DNA of 64,000 bases from an uncultured Planctomycetota bacterium (GCA_963823665.1 CAWGMQ010000003.1:576001-640000); one strand, 5' to 3'. Positions 1 to 10,750 are shown, numbered from the stretch's first letter. The notes: generated by a model from the letters alone, not told the origin. A program made the numbers and translations.

Positions 1-2
1 TC

Positions 3-293
3 GCGAAGATTGACCAAGGCCGTGAATCGGGCTGCCCGGGTCAGTTGCTCAGCGATCTTTTCCCGCCCAGGGAGGCATTGGCACTGGTCGCCGATGGCTA
101 TCTGAATGGACATTTCTCGCTGGATTCACTCAAACAGAACCGGGACTGGTTCGGTCGCATACGATGGGAGTTAGACCCCCGCGACCTGACGGGGTTGATG
201 CAGCGACAGTCAGAGGATCCCGAAAAGGAACGAAGACGACAACTCGCGATCAGTTGGTTGAAAGAGGCTCGTTTTTTGATGCGTGACAATTAG
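3..293 (+). CDS. 3' end of a hypothetical protein (runs off the window start)
   Basis: Frame is open from position 3 to TAG at 291-293 (..ALALVADGYLNGHFSLDSL..WLKEARFLMRDN). Co-oriented with the next gene. Confidence 0.6.
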   Translation, partial: AKIDQGRESGCPGQLLSDLFPPREALALVADGYLNGHFSLDSLKQNRDWFGRIRWELDPRDLTGLMQRQSEDPEKERRRQLAISWLKEARFLMRDN

Positions 294-356
294 TGCACAC
301 ACATCGCCCGCCTTCACTCTGGCGAAGGTTCCGAGCATCCCCAAGAGGTCCCGCCA

Positions 357-1394
357 ATGGCCGTTCGACTGATCGACTTGCACTGCAACTGGATGCGCCA
401 GTATGCGCCTGAGTTGACCACGTTCGGTCCCACGGCGGAGCGCTTGAGTGCCGAGCGGCTGAAGCAGCTTGACGGCTACATGACGGCGACGGCCGCGGCC
501 GTGCTGGGGTGTGGTTCGTCGCCTGGCGAATGGGAGTGCCATCCAGACCCCTGGCGCTCAATTGGCGATTTGATCGCCCGGTACGAGGCCGAGTTTTGCG
601 GCCGCCTCCTCATCGGCCCGACGGACTTGAACCGATGGCACTCGGAGCCGGCCGATGGGCTGACCTGGGGCATTCTCGGCGTCTCAGGCCTCGACAACCT
701 CGTCCGCGACGCGGCAGACTTGTCGCAGCTTCCCAGCCTTTTCAAGCGGGGATTACGCGTCATTCAGCTCGTCGAGACCGCGAACAACCACCTCGCGGGC
801 TCGGCCGAACTTGGCGACGACCGCGGGCTGACCGAGCTGGGACGAGCCTGCGTTTCTTTCATTGCGGAGCTTGCGCTCGATGACCGTCGCGAAGGCGTTC
901 CAATCCTCGATCTGGCTCATTTGAACCCACGATCGATTGCGGACGTGATCGAGCTGGTCGAAGACGCGGTGCGGAATCGCCGGCTGTGCCTCATGTACAG
1001 CCACGGTGCCCTGACACACCCGGGATTCGACGGACCGCGAGCGATCGACGTTCCGAGTTTGACTCGACTAAGGGCCCTGGGCGGGCTGATCGGATTGACG
1101 CCCGGCATGCCCTTTTATCAGAGCGGGGAAGAGTTCAAGGCGGCCATCGAGCAGGTCGCGACGATACCCTTTGAGGGCCGGGTGGGGTATGAAGGAATTG
1201 CAATCGCATGCGATTTTCTGGAGCTGGACGGCACGCTTCCGGACCTTGGCGACGCATCGGCGATCCTCGGGTGGGTGACGCAGAACTTCGATCAAGCTGC
1301 CGCAGGACTCATGATCGAGGGGAACGCGCGGGCGTTCCTCGCCAAGGCGGCGGGCGACGAGTATCCTCACGCAGAGGCGGTAAGTACTCCGTGA
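357..1394 (+). CDS. Membrane dipeptidase-like amidohydrolase (peptidase M19 fold)
   Basis: 345 aa. Motifs: N-terminal IDLHC, GLTELGRACV, ILDLAHLN, YSHG, GGLIGL, GIAIACDF. RBS-like AGAGG upstream. Confidence 0.8.
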   Translation: MAVRLIDLHCNWMRQYAPELTTFGPTAERLSAERLKQLDGYMTATAAAVLGCGSSPGEWECHPDPWRSIGDLIARYEAEFCGRLLIGPTDLNRWHSEPADGLTWGILGVSGLDNLVRDAADLSQLPSLFKRGLRVIQLVETANNHLAGSAELGDDRGLTELGRACVSFIAELALDDRREGVPILDLAHLNPRSIADVIELVEDAVRNRRLCLMYSHGALTHPGFDGPRAIDVPSLTRLRALGGLIGLTPGMPFYQSGEEFKAAIEQVATIPFEGRVGYEGIAIACDFLELDGTLPDLGDASAILGWVTQNFDQAAAGLMIEGNARAFLAKAAGDEYPHAEAVSTP

Positions 1395-1421
1395 TTCCAT
1401 GAGCAGAGGCGCGGTTCACCG

Positions 1422-2766
1422 ATGTTACATCGCAATGGGATCAATTGGGTCCTGGCCCTGGCGCTGGCAACCATGCCTGCAACGGTAACCGCCCAAGCCC
1501 TACCCTGGGAGTTAATCATCGAGACTGGGGATAAGGCGCTCGACGCCGGAAACTACGCCGAGGCCGAGAGGATGTACAGAGAGGCGATCGAGACGACGAA
1601 GCGATTTGAGGGGCAGGACAGCCGGCTCGCGTACAGCTACTCCAAGTTGGCTTGGGTCTCGATGTGGCGAGGCAAGTATGCCCAGGCGGAACCGCTGCTC
1701 AGGCAAGCGCTGGCGATTTACGAGAAAGAACTCGACGGCGAGCATGTCAACCAAGCGCAATGCCGTCAGATGCTGGCCGATCTCAAGCGTGTCGAGGGGA
1801 AGTACGCCGAGGCCGAGGCATTCGCGAAGCGGGCGCTGGCAATATACCAAAAGGCCCGGCCCCCCGATCACCTCGATATAGCAACCAGCTTGGGCAGCCT
1901 CGGTCTCATCGATTGCGCAAGGAAAATATGTCGAGGCGGAATCGCTCTTGAAGCGGGCACTGGCGATCTGCGAGAGAGCGTTCCCCCGCAACAACTCTTC
2001 GCGTTTGGCTTGGTGCCTCCTCGGTCTAACCGACGTTTACCAGGGGCTGGGTCGATACACGGAGGCCGAGTCGTGCGCAAAGCGGGCGCTCAAAATCGAC
2101 GAGCAGGTTCTGGGACCAGAGCACACCGACGTGGCCGTCGGCCTGAACTGCCTAGTGACACTTTATCGCCTCCAGGGCCGATTCGGCGACGCGGAACCGC
2201 TGGCGAGGCGATCGGTTCTCATCCGAGAGAAGGCACTAGGACCAGAGCACCCCGATACGGCTCGCAGCCTCGAGTGCTTGGCAGACATTTACTATTGCCA
2301 AGGCCAATACGCGCAGGCTGAGCCACTGTTCAAGCGGTCGCTCGCCATCAATGAGAAGGGCTTGGGGCGGGAACACCCTAACGTGGCAGCGAGTCTCATC
2401 GGGCTGGGGAATGTCTTCAGCGAGCAAGAGAAGCTCGCGGAGGCTGAGAGGGCATTTGAACGGTCGCGCGCGATCAGAGCAAAATCCCTGGGTGCCGAGC
2501 ATCCTAAAGTCGCATCGAGCCTGTTCGGATTGGCGAACGTCAACGCCAAGCAGCGCAAATTCGCGGAGGCCGAGCGACTGTACAAATTGGCCTTGGCGAT
2601 CTACGAGAAGAATCACCTCGCCGACCACCCCGACGTGGCTGCAACGCTCGATGCCTATGCCGGTCTTTTGAACGCCACGGGCCGTGCGACAGACGCGCAG
2701 AACTTGTCGGCACGGGCCAGCGCCATTCGTGTCCGCCTTGGCCGACAAAGGAATTCCACACAGTAA
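1422..2766 (+). CDS. Secreted TPR-repeat protein (kinesin-light-chain-like repeats), one frameshift near 1920
   Basis: Signal peptide (WVLALALATMPATVTAQA), then ~42-aa repeats G(K/Q)YA(E/Q)AEPL.KR.LAI.EK.LG.EHP. These continue from ORF 1422 into ORF 1948-2766. Confidence 0.85.
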
Positions 2767-3005
2767 CGTCGCCGCAGCGGTCCGACACGGACATCGTGAC
2801 GATTCCTGACGTGGGTCAGCGGCGCGTCCGCGCTGCACTGACAGATTCGGTCACGGGCGCGGCGGCACTAATTCCGGTCCACGGCACCCGCACCGGAGGA
2901 CGAACCTGCCGAATTGGCAGGCGATGGGCGACCACAGACCGCGATCGGCAGGCTTGCAAACGGATCGGCCGAAGCCCGATGCCGTAACCTTTTGTCGCCA
3001 TGTCA

Positions 3006-3041
3006 CTTGCGATTCCGAAATCGCAAGGCACGTGCGTTGCA
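3006..3041 (+). promoter_or_regulatory. Putative sigma-54 promoter of groESL overlapped by a 9-bp inverted repeat
   Basis: GG(3027-28)-N10-GC(3039-40), AGGCACGTGCGTTGCA versus consensus TGGCAC-N5-TTGC. Perfect inverted repeat CTTGCGATT-ccga-AATCGCAAG at 3006-3027. Confidence 0.55.
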
Positions 3042-3153
3042 TACGGAGGAGGCCGACGAGTGGGTCTGTTCGGCGCGCGGGTGCCGGGTTGCGGTGCAGT
3101 CCGGGCGGGGCGCGATGGTACCAGGGTTGAGCGAGACGAAGGAGACGCGGGCG

Positions 3154-3444
3154 ATGCAACTGAAGCCGCTGGGCGACCGGGTGGTTGTGGAGCGTGAGGA
3201 AGCCAAAGAGACGACGGCAGGCGGGATCGTCTTGCCGGACACCGCCAAGGACAAGCCGCAGAAGGGCAAGGTGCTGGCGGTCGGCGACGGGCGCATCACC
3301 AAGGACGGCAAACGGCGCGAGCTGCAGGTGAAGGTGGGCGAGCACGTGCTCTTCACCTCGTATGCCGGCGAAGAATTCAAGATCGAAAATGACAAGAAGG
3401 TGCTCCTGATGCGCGAGGAAGACATTCTGGCCGTCGTCGGCTAA
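3154..3444 (+). CDS. groES: Co-chaperonin GroES
   Basis: MQLKPLGDRVVVEREEAKETTAGGIVLPDTAKDKPQKGKVLAVGDG. AAGGAG RBS before ATG 3154. 96 aa. Confidence 0.98.
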   Translation: MQLKPLGDRVVVEREEAKETTAGGIVLPDTAKDKPQKGKVLAVGDGRITKDGKRRELQVKVGEHVLFTSYAGEEFKIENDKKVLLMREEDILAVVG

Positions 3445-3484
3445 AGCGCCTGCCTCGGAGGAGTTGCACACGCGTGCGCCGGGG

Positions 3485-3516
3485 TCCTCACCCCGGCCCT
3501 CTCCCGGGGAGAGGGA
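3485..3516. repeat. Short palindromic repeat CCTCACCCCGGCCCTCTCCC..GGAGAGGG
   Basis: Hairpin CCCTCTCC-cggg-GGAGAGGG-type motif preceded by CCTCACCCC in the groES-groEL spacer. This is a widespread REP-like intergenic motif. Confidence 0.65.
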
Positions 3517-3643
3517 GAAATCAATCGGCGTGTCGGATTCGTGAGTGAGTTTCCTGGCGCGCTTTTCGTGGAATCCGGTCGGGGCGGGAAGATAAACACG
3601 CATACTCGGAATCTGATCCCTTTCTTTTGGGAGTGAACATCGT

Positions 3644-5278
3644 ATGGCAGCGAAAATGATTGCGTTTGATCAGGAAGCCCGGCAGGCCATGCAGCGCGGG
3701 ATCGCGAAGCTGGCACGGGCGGTGAAGGTGACGCTGGGACCGCGGGGCCGGAACGTCATCATCCAGAAGTCGTTCGGATCACCGACGGTGACCAAGGACG
3801 GCGTGACCGTCGCCAAGGAAATCGAGCTGGAAGACAAGTACGAGGACATGGGCGCCAAGATGGTGAAGGAGGTTGCGAGCAAGACCTCCGACATCGCCGG
3901 CGACGGTACCACCACGGCGACCGTCCTGGCCGAGGCCATCTACAATGAGGGGCTCAAGGCGGTGGTGGCGGGCGTCAACCCCATGCTGATGAAGCGAGGG
4001 ATGGACAAGGCCGTCGCCGACATCGTCGAGCAGCTCCACAAGATGAGCACCAAGGTCACGACCAAGACCGAGACCGAGCAGGTAGCGACCGTCGCGTCCA
4101 ACTTCGATTCCGAGATCGGCAAGATGATCGCCGAAGCGACCGAGAAGGTCGGCAAGGACGGGGTCATCACGGTCGAGGAAGGCAAGACGCTCAAGACCGA
4201 GGTCGAGTGGGTCGAGGGCATGCAGTTTGACCGGGGATACCTGAGCCCCTACTTCGTGACCAACCCCACGACGATGGAAGCCGTGCTCGAAGATTGCTAC
4301 ATCTTGATCCACGAGAAGAAGATCTCGGTGGTCAAGGACCTGGTGCCGGTTCTGGAGCGCGTGGCCCAGACCGGGAAGCCGCTCTTGATCATCGCCGAGG
4401 AGGTCGAGGGCGAGGCACTGGCCACTCTGGTCATCAACAAGCTGCGGGGGACGTTCCGTTGCGCGGCCGTCAAGGCGCCCGGATACGGCGACCGCCGCAA
4501 GGCCATGCTCGAGGACATCGCCGTGCTGGCCGGCGGCAAGCCGATCTTCGAGGCGCTGGGCATCGAGCTGGAAAACGTCGGCCTCAATGACCTGGGCCGG
4601 GCCAAGAAAGTCGTGATCGACAAGGACAACACGACGGTCATCGAGGGCGCCGGCAGCCACGACGCCATCAAGGGCCGGATCGAGGCCATTCGCCGAGAGA
4701 TCGCCGATACCAAGAGCGACTACGACCGCGAGAAGCTGGAAGAGCGGCTTGCCAAGCTTTCCGGCGGCGTGGCCAAGATCAACGTCGGCGCGGCAACCGA
4801 AAGCGAGATGAAGGAGAAGAAGGCTCGCGTGGAAGACGCTCTGCACGCCACACGCGCCGCGCTCGAGGAGGGAATTCTCCCCGGCGGTGGCGTGGCGCTC
4901 TTGCGGGCGTCGCACACGGTCAAGACCAAGGGCCTTGCACACGATGAAGAGATCGGCTTCAACATCATCGTCCGTGCCTGTGCCGCGCCCCTCGACCAGA
5001 TCGCCGAGAACGCGGGCCAGGATGGCGGAGTCGTCGTTTCCAAGGTCATCGAGGGCAAGGGCAACTTCGGCTACGATGCCCTCAAGAACGAGTACACCGA
5101 CCTGGTCAAAGCCGGCATCATCGACCCGACCAAGGTCGCCCGCTACGCCCTGCAGAACGCAGCCAGCGTGAGCACGCTGCTTCTGACCTCCGATGCCCTG
5201 ATCGCCGACGCCCCCAAGGACGACGAGAAGAAGTCCGGCGGCGGTGGCGGACACGGCGGATATGACGATATGTATTGA
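3644..5278 (+). CDS. groEL: Chaperonin GroEL
   Basis: 544 aa. [38 protein letters not shown], Gly-rich tail. Confidence 0.99.
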   Translation: MAAKMIAFDQEARQAMQRGIAKLARAVKVTLGPRGRNVIIQKSFGSPTVTKDGVTVAKEIELEDKYEDMGAKMVKEVASKTSDIAGDGTTTATVLAEAIYNEGLKAVVAGVNPMLMKRGMDKAVADIVEQLHKMSTKVTTKTETEQVATVASNFDSEIGKMIAEATEKVGKDGVITVEEGKTLKTEVEWVEGMQFDRGYLSPYFVTNPTTMEAVLEDCYILIHEKKISVVKDLVPVLERVAQTGKPLLIIAEEVEGEALATLVINKLRGTFRCAAVKAPGYGDRRKAMLEDIAVLAGGKPIFEALGIELENVGLNDLGRAKKVVIDKDNTTVIEGAGSHDAIKGRIEAIRREIADTKSDYDREKLEERLAKLSGGVAKINVGAATESEMKEKKARVEDALHATRAALEEGILPGGGVALLRASHTVKTKGLAHDEEIGFNIIVRACAAPLDQIAENAGQDGGVVVSKVIEGKGNFGYDALKNEYTDLVKAGIIDPTKVARYALQNAASVSTLLLTSDALIADAPKDDEKKSGGGGGHGGYDDMY

Positions 5279-5314
5279 GTTTTCCGGAGAGAAGGGGTGC
5301 CGATTCGCTTGAAG

Positions 5315-5354
5315 GAAGGGGTGCCGAGGGATCTCGGCACCCCTTCTTTTTTTT
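5315..5354 (+). terminator. Rho-independent terminator of groESL
   Basis: 14-bp perfect stem GAAGGGGTGCCGAG/CTCGGCACCCCTTC, 4-nt loop, followed by T8. Confidence 0.92.
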
Positions 5355-5552
5355 GCGTTCTTGACCGCGGACGGTCGATTTCCTGTCGAACCGCGCCGCG
5401 CGGTCGAATGGGCGAAGTGATTGGCTGGGACTTGCATCAACGTCGATGGAGCCGCAGTGACGTGCGTGGTCACCCTCTGAATCGCGCACGGCGCGGGATG
5501 AGAATTTAAGTGCGGAGTCGGTGTGAAACGGCCCCGATCCGCGGTTGAGCCC

Positions 5553-5582
5553 TTGACAAGCACGCACAAGCCTCATTAGAGT
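5553..5582 (+). promoter_or_regulatory. Putative sigma-70 promoter
   Basis: TTGACA (5553-58), 18-nt spacer, TAGAGT (5577-82), in an AT-rich patch upstream of the DUF1559 gene. Confidence 0.55.
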
Positions 5583-5590
5583 CTTCTCTT

Positions 5591-5609
5591 ATTGAGATTG
5601 AATCTCAGT
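5591..5609. promoter_or_regulatory. Fur-family-like operator (7-1-7 inverted repeat)
   Basis: TGAGATT-G-AATCTCA at 5593-5607, just downstream of the -10 element. Confidence 0.6.
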
Positions 5610-5813
5610 ACCAATTGATTCCAGTCTTAGCCGACTCTGGTCCGGTCGAGCGGAGATTTTTGTGATCAAAGGGACCCTGGCATGTGCGAGTCGGCGTACG
5701 GCGTAGGATCGGCCAGATTATACGGAACGAACGACTTAACCATTTGTCTGATAAAGGATTCGGACACGTCACCGCGACCCGGTCTAATTGGATCCAGTCG
5801 CGGTTCTGCCGCG

Positions 5814-6866
5814 ATGCGACGCGGCTTCACGCTGATCGAGCTGCTGGTGGTCATCGCGATCATCGCGGTGTTGATCGCGTTGCTCTTACCTGCGGTGCAG
5901 GCCGCGCGCGAAGCGGCGAGGAGGGTTCAATGCATCAACAACCTCAAGCAGCTTGGCCTGGGGATGCAAAACTACGAGAGCTCGAATGGGGTGCTTCCGC
6001 CCCAGATGGTTCTGACGTTCAGCGGCTCCGGTGCGGTGGCGTGGAAGTCTAGCTGGGGGGCGTCGTCGCGAATCACGCCGTTCCTCGAGCTGGGGGGCGT
6101 CTACAACGCGCTGAACTTCACCAACAAGACAACCGACCCGTCGAATGCGACGGCCGTCGCGACCCAGGTGCGCGTGTTTTCGTGCCCCAGCGAGCCGAAT
6201 GCGCAACCGTTCATGATCACGAACAGCGCGGGGGTGATCTCGACGTTCGGCGTCTCGAATTACGGCTGGTGTGCGGGTACGTGGTACACGTTCGGAGGAT
6301 GGGGCAGTAGCGTCGCGACATCGGGTGCAATCGGCACCAACCTGCGCCGCACGTTTGCGTCATTCACCGATGGCTTGAGCAACACGCTGCTGGGTTCCGA
6401 GGTCAAGACTTATACGCCGGCCTACCATGACTGCGGCGGCGTGCCGCCGCCGGGGCCAACAGGGGCTTCGTCGTACCCCGACGTTGCGACGGTGCTCGCG
6501 AGCGTGGCTGCGGCCCCCGCGTCGGGATGCAAGGCGGCGACGGCTGGTGCGGGCATGCCGGGCGGCGGTCACACACACTGGTGCAACGGCAACTCGTTCT
6601 ACGATGGTTTCACCACGGCCTTGCCGCCGAATACCAAGTCGCCGGCGGGGCCCCTGGGGCTCGACAGCGACATGAGCTCAGAGGACGAGGATGACGGCGG
6701 ACCAACCTACGCCGCGGTGACGTCGCGGAGCTACCATCCCGGCATCGTCAACGCGGTCTTCGGCGACGGCAGCGTGCACACGATCAAGAATTCCGTCAAC
6801 TTTCAGACGTGGCGGGCTCTGGGAACGGTCGGCGGGGGCGAGGTGATCTCCGCCGACGCGTACTGA
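5814..6866 (+). CDS. DUF1559 prepilin-type N-terminal cleavage/methylation protein (H-X9-DG domain)
   Basis: [62 protein letters not shown]-terminal [18 protein letters not shown]. Confidence 0.95.
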   Translation: MRRGFTLIELLVVIAIIAVLIALLLPAVQAAREAARRVQCINNLKQLGLGMQNYESSNGVLPPQMVLTFSGSGAVAWKSSWGASSRITPFLELGGVYNALNFTNKTTDPSNATAVATQVRVFSCPSEPNAQPFMITNSAGVISTFGVSNYGWCAGTWYTFGGWGSSVATSGAIGTNLRRTFASFTDGLSNTLLGSEVKTYTPAYHDCGGVPPPGPTGASSYPDVATVLASVAAAPASGCKAATAGAGMPGGGHTHWCNGNSFYDGFTTALPPNTKSPAGPLGLDSDMSSEDEDDGGPTYAAVTSRSYHPGIVNAVFGDGSVHTIKNSVNFQTWRALGTVGGGEVISADAY

Positions 6867-7012
6867 GGGGCGTGCGCGAAGACGTAGGTTGTTGCGAAAT
6901 CGCCGCGGCCACGCCCACGCTTTGTGGGCGTGACGGCGCGTCCGCCGGGGAGAGCGCACTGCCGGTCGTACCGGAAGCTGCGGGACCACTCCCCGGCGGG
7001 CGCACGTGCGAT

Positions 7013-7122
7013 CATTGTTGCCTTTCGCTCCGCGAAAGTGCACTCTCCTTGACCCGTTCGCTCCAGCGTTTGTTTTGGATCGGCAAAAGAAATGCACTTT
7101 CGCGGAGCGAAAGGCGACTATG
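7013..7122. repeat. Inverted REP doublet (REPIN-like)
   Basis: CATTGTTGCCTTTCGCTCCGCGAAAGTGCA (7013-7042) and TGCACTTTCGCGGAGCGAAAGGCGACTATG (7093-7122): 30-bp inverted pair with 2 mismatches. Confidence 0.85.
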
Positions 7123-7133
7123 TGAAGGCGTTC

Positions 7134-7791
7134 TCACTCGTCGAATTTTCGGTGGTAATAGTCGTTCGGCCCAAGCCGGGCCTTTTTCGGGTTATCGGCG
7201 ATGTATTGCCTCAGATACTCATATTGCTCCGGGTTCCGGACCAGGTGGTCGAAGACTTCCTGTTGCCAGAACTTGCCTTTTTCGCCGATCGTCTGATTGA
7301 TTCGAAACGCCGCGTAGTGAAGCCACGAATCGCACTGATCGCGCATGGCGTCTGCCGTCGGGAAAGCAGCCAGCAAGTGCACGTGATTCGGCATCACGAC
7401 GAAATCGCCCATTCGATAACGCTCGCCGTCAAAACACAGAAGCGATTCGGCAACGATCGTCGCGAGCTCAGGGCGCTTGAGCAAACAACGGCCATGACAT
7501 TGATCCGGAAAGGTTCTCGCGACAGCGATTGAATGTCTTGTGAAACTCGGCGCGATCCGTTTCGCTGAGCGTTCGGACCATAACCGACCAGTGCGTTCGG
7601 CCATCCCAGTCGCGTAGTCGCGATTTCAGCCGATCCTGTTTCTCTCGATTCCAACGTTCAAGGACTTCGCTTGGAATGGAGTCATTTGTCCGAAACGTAA
7701 TAAACACCACCGCCCCAGCCTGTGCCCAGTTCGGACGACGGTGCTCGGAGACAAGGAATTCGCCCGGCGGATCGAAGCACTCGCCGAGCAT
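7134..7791 (-). mobile_element. REP-associated tyrosine (HUH/Y1) transposase, RAYT; frameshift near 7505-7515
   Basis: RRPNWAQAGAVVFITFRT in one ORF. HUH motif VVMPNHVHLL, FWQQEVFDHLVR and YIADNPKKA in the second. Flanked by REPs. Confidence 0.88.
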
Positions 7792-7811
7792 GGTGAGAAC
7801 CCCGTGCGGCG

Positions 7812-7832
7812 TTCCGTGGAGCGAAAGGCGAC
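7812..7832. repeat. Third REP copy upstream of RAYT
   Basis: TTCCGTGGAGCGAAAGGCGAC versus TTTCGCGGAGCGAAAGGCGAC (2 mismatches). Confidence 0.8.
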
Positions 7833-8071
7833 GCTAGTGGGGCGGCGGGAACTGCCAGGCTGCGGACAATCCTTCGCCAGTGCCGGCCAGAAAACTGCCA
7901 CACACCGCCCGTTCGCCGCTCAGTCGAATCGTCGGAGTGCGGAAAAATAAGCACAATTCTCAAAATTACCGCCCTGGCATGATGTTTGCAAAGCGAGGGA
8001 TCGCTCATGAATGACTGGAATCTTGCGTTGCCGATCCCGCTGATCCCGAAGGAAACTAGGCTGCCACGACG

Positions 8072-9091
8072 ATGGTTTCATCACGAATGAGATGTCGCTG
8101 CCGATATGCCCGGGGTCTCCAATCCGGCTTCACGTTGATCGAGCTGCTGGTTGTCATCGCGATTATCGCCGTCTTGATCGCGCTGCTCTTGCCCGCGGTC
8201 CAAGCAGCGCGGGAGGCGGCCAGGCGATCGCAGTGCGTGAATAACCTGAAGCAAATGGGGCTCGCACTGCAAAATTATCACGACCAGATCTTGGCGTTTC
8301 CGCCGGGCTACATCGCCGCGAGCAAGTTCATCGACGGGGAGACAGATACATCACCGGGTTGGAGCTGGGCGTCGATGATCCTGCCGCAGCTCGACCAGGG
8401 GCCGCTCTTCTCGGCGATGAACTTCTGGCTGCCTGTGCAGGCAGCGGCGAATACCACCGGAACGCAGACCCTGTTGAGCGTGTTTGTGTGCCCTTCGGAT
8501 CAGCTTGTCATGGGACGGACATATCCGATCACCGACGGCCTGGGCAACACGGTGATGACGGCGGCGCCGAGCTCGTACGCGGCCTCCACGGGCAGCGATG
8601 CGGCCGACGTGGCACTGGGGCTCAATAACGACGGCTCGGGGAACGGCCTGTTCTTTCGCAACAGCGGCATCCGCATGGCCAATCTCACGGACGGAACGAG
8701 CGTGACGATTTCGATCATGGAACGAGCGTGGGGGATGACCGAAGGGACCTGGGTGGGTGCTCCGGCTGGAGGCGTGGTTTTGCGCGGGCCTTTCAATCCC
8801 TGCCCGGGCTCGGCGTTTGCAACCTACCTCTCGCCCTGTCTTGTGCTGGCCCATTGCCACCTGCTGAACACCAACGCCGATACCGACAGCGGGCTGGATG
8901 ACCCGTCGAGCTTCCACCCGTCGGGCGCAAACGTTCTTTTCGCCGACGGCTCGGTGCACTTTCTCAGGAACGTGCAGAGCGATGCGGGCGTGAATCCCGA
9001 CGGCTCGACGATCTATACGCCGACGAGCCTGATCATGCAGGCGATGGGCACCCGCTCGGGCGGCGAGGTGATCAGCTCCGACTCGTATTGA
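8072..9091 (+). CDS. DUF1559 prepilin-type protein (second paralogue)
   Basis: [68 protein letters not shown]. Confidence 0.95.
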   Translation: MVSSRMRCRCRYARGLQSGFTLIELLVVIAIIAVLIALLLPAVQAAREAARRSQCVNNLKQMGLALQNYHDQILAFPPGYIAASKFIDGETDTSPGWSWASMILPQLDQGPLFSAMNFWLPVQAAANTTGTQTLLSVFVCPSDQLVMGRTYPITDGLGNTVMTAAPSSYAASTGSDAADVALGLNNDGSGNGLFFRNSGIRMANLTDGTSVTISIMERAWGMTEGTWVGAPAGGVVLRGPFNPCPGSAFATYLSPCLVLAHCHLLNTNADTDSGLDDPSSFHPSGANVLFADGSVHFLRNVQSDAGVNPDGSTIYTPTSLIMQAMGTRSGGEVISSDSY

Positions 9092-9142
9092 AGAGCACGC
9101 GTACGTACCGGGTGACGGTATCGAGGCGAGGTGGGAGTCGAG

Positions 9143-9556
9143 ATGAATCGAACGGCAAACGGATCGGTTTCGGCAGCCTTGATGGTGCTCCTGGGTCTGG
9201 CCGCCTGTGGGAACGGGTGTCAGAGTGAAGAGCGCGGGCCGACGCTCTCGGGCGGGCGCGAAGTGAAATCGTGGGTTGCGGCGCTACGCGACCCCAAACC
9301 CACGGTTCGCCGCCAGGCGGTGCTCAAGCTGGGGAACGTGGGCGACGCTGATGCGTCGGTGGCCGACGCCCTGGCCGAGGCGCTCGAGGATTCCGATGCG
9401 CAGGTGCGCCACGACGCCGTGCTCGCGGTGGTGAAGCTTCGCAAGCCCGGCGCGGCGATCAAGGCCCGGATTGATACCATGAGCCGAGAAGATAAGGACC
9501 CGCGTGTCCGTGACGTGTCCACGCGAGCGCTGGCCAGTCCAGGAAAGTTCGAATAA
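9143..9556 (+). CDS. HEAT-repeat lipoprotein
   Basis: Hydrophobic leader with lipobox-like LAAC/GNGC. HEAT repeats ALRDPKPTVRRQAV, ALEDSDAQVRHDAV, DKDPRVR. Confidence 0.8.
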   Translation: MNRTANGSVSAALMVLLGLAACGNGCQSEERGPTLSGGREVKSWVAALRDPKPTVRRQAVLKLGNVGDADASVADALAEALEDSDAQVRHDAVLAVVKLRKPGAAIKARIDTMSREDKDPRVRDVSTRALASPGKFE

Positions 9557-9578
9557 AACCGAGAGGAGAGATCACGCG

Positions 9579-10750
9579 ATGCGCAATCATTCCCGAAGAA
9601 CATTTCTTGCCGCCAGCATCCCTTGCGGTGGTCTACTGGGATTTTCGATCTCGCCGGCGCGGCGCTCGCTGCCGCGCTCGACCGGGCCGATGCCAATGAA
9701 CTGGCTGGAAAAGCAGTCGCCTTTCTTCGAACACGGCAGGGAAAGGACGGGAGCTGGTCGGGCAATCGCGAGCCGGGAATCACGGCACTGGCAGTGACGG
9801 CGATGCTACGAACGGGGCGGATCGCGCCCGAGGATCCCGTGATCGCCAAGGGATTGACATTCCTCGAGAAATACATCGGCCCGAAGGGCGGGCTCTCGGA
9901 GGCGCCTCATTCGGTCTACACGACCTCGGTCGCATTGATGGCATTTCACGAGGCGAACCGAAACGCGCGAGGGCGCTATGATCGCGTGATCAAGGGGAGC
10001 CAGGAGTTTCTCAAAGGGACGCAGACGGACGAAGGAGAAGGCAAGGGCCGGCAGGACCCGGCTTATGGCGGGCTGGGCTACGGAGGCGACAACAGCCGCC
10101 CGGATCTGTCGAACACAGCGTTCTTCATTGAAGCCCTGCGCGAGAGCGGCCTGCCGGACGACGATCCGGCGCTCAAGAAAGCACTGATCTTTGTGTCGCG
10201 ATGTCAGAACCTCAAGAGCGAGTTCAACGACCGCGCCGAAGCGGGCAAGGTCAACGATGGCGGATTCGTTTATAACCCTGCTGCCGGAACTGAGCGTGAA
10301 GGCGGCCGGGGCGGCGCGGCGGGAAAGGCCGGCGGCGGCCGGCCCGATGCCAAAAAGGGTGACGACGCCCCGCGTTCGTATGCGGGGATGACCTACGCCG
10401 GGCTCAAGAGCATGATCTATGCCGGGCTCACGCAGGACGATGTGCGTGTGAAGGCGGCCATCGCGTACATCAAGAAGAACTACACGCTGGAGGAGAACCC
10501 CGGGCAGGGCCAACGGGGGCTGTATTACTACTACCAGACCTTCGCCAAGGCGATGGCGCTTCTGGGCACGCCGACGCTGGTGGATGCTCAGGGCACGTCG
10601 CACGACTGGCGGGCCGAGCTGATCGCGGCGCTCGCGAAGCGGCAGGCGGCGAATGGGAGCTGGGTGAACCCGGTTGATCGGTTCATGGAGGGGGATCCGA
10701 ACATCGCGACGTCGTTTGCGCTACTGGCGCTCGCGAATGCCCGGCGGTGA
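9579..10750 (+). CDS. Prenyltransferase/squalene-oxidase repeat (alpha/alpha toroid) protein with Tat signal; frameshift near 9620
   Basis: GAGGAG RBS and MRNHSRRTFLAAS (twin-Arg) in one frame. QW-like repeats RQGKDGSW, DGGFVY, RQAANGSW, plus DLSNT and YYYY, in ORF 9623-10750. Confidence 0.8.

Noticed and set aside
2770..3153. CIRCE/HrcA operator before groES
   Set aside because: No TTAGCACTC-N9-GAGTGCTAA-like sequence found.
3779..5569. Long antisense ORFs (e.g. 596 aa opposite groEL, 46558-48444, the N-terminal part of 55946-57574)
   Set aside because: Shadow frames caused by high-GC codon bias in real genes on the other strand.
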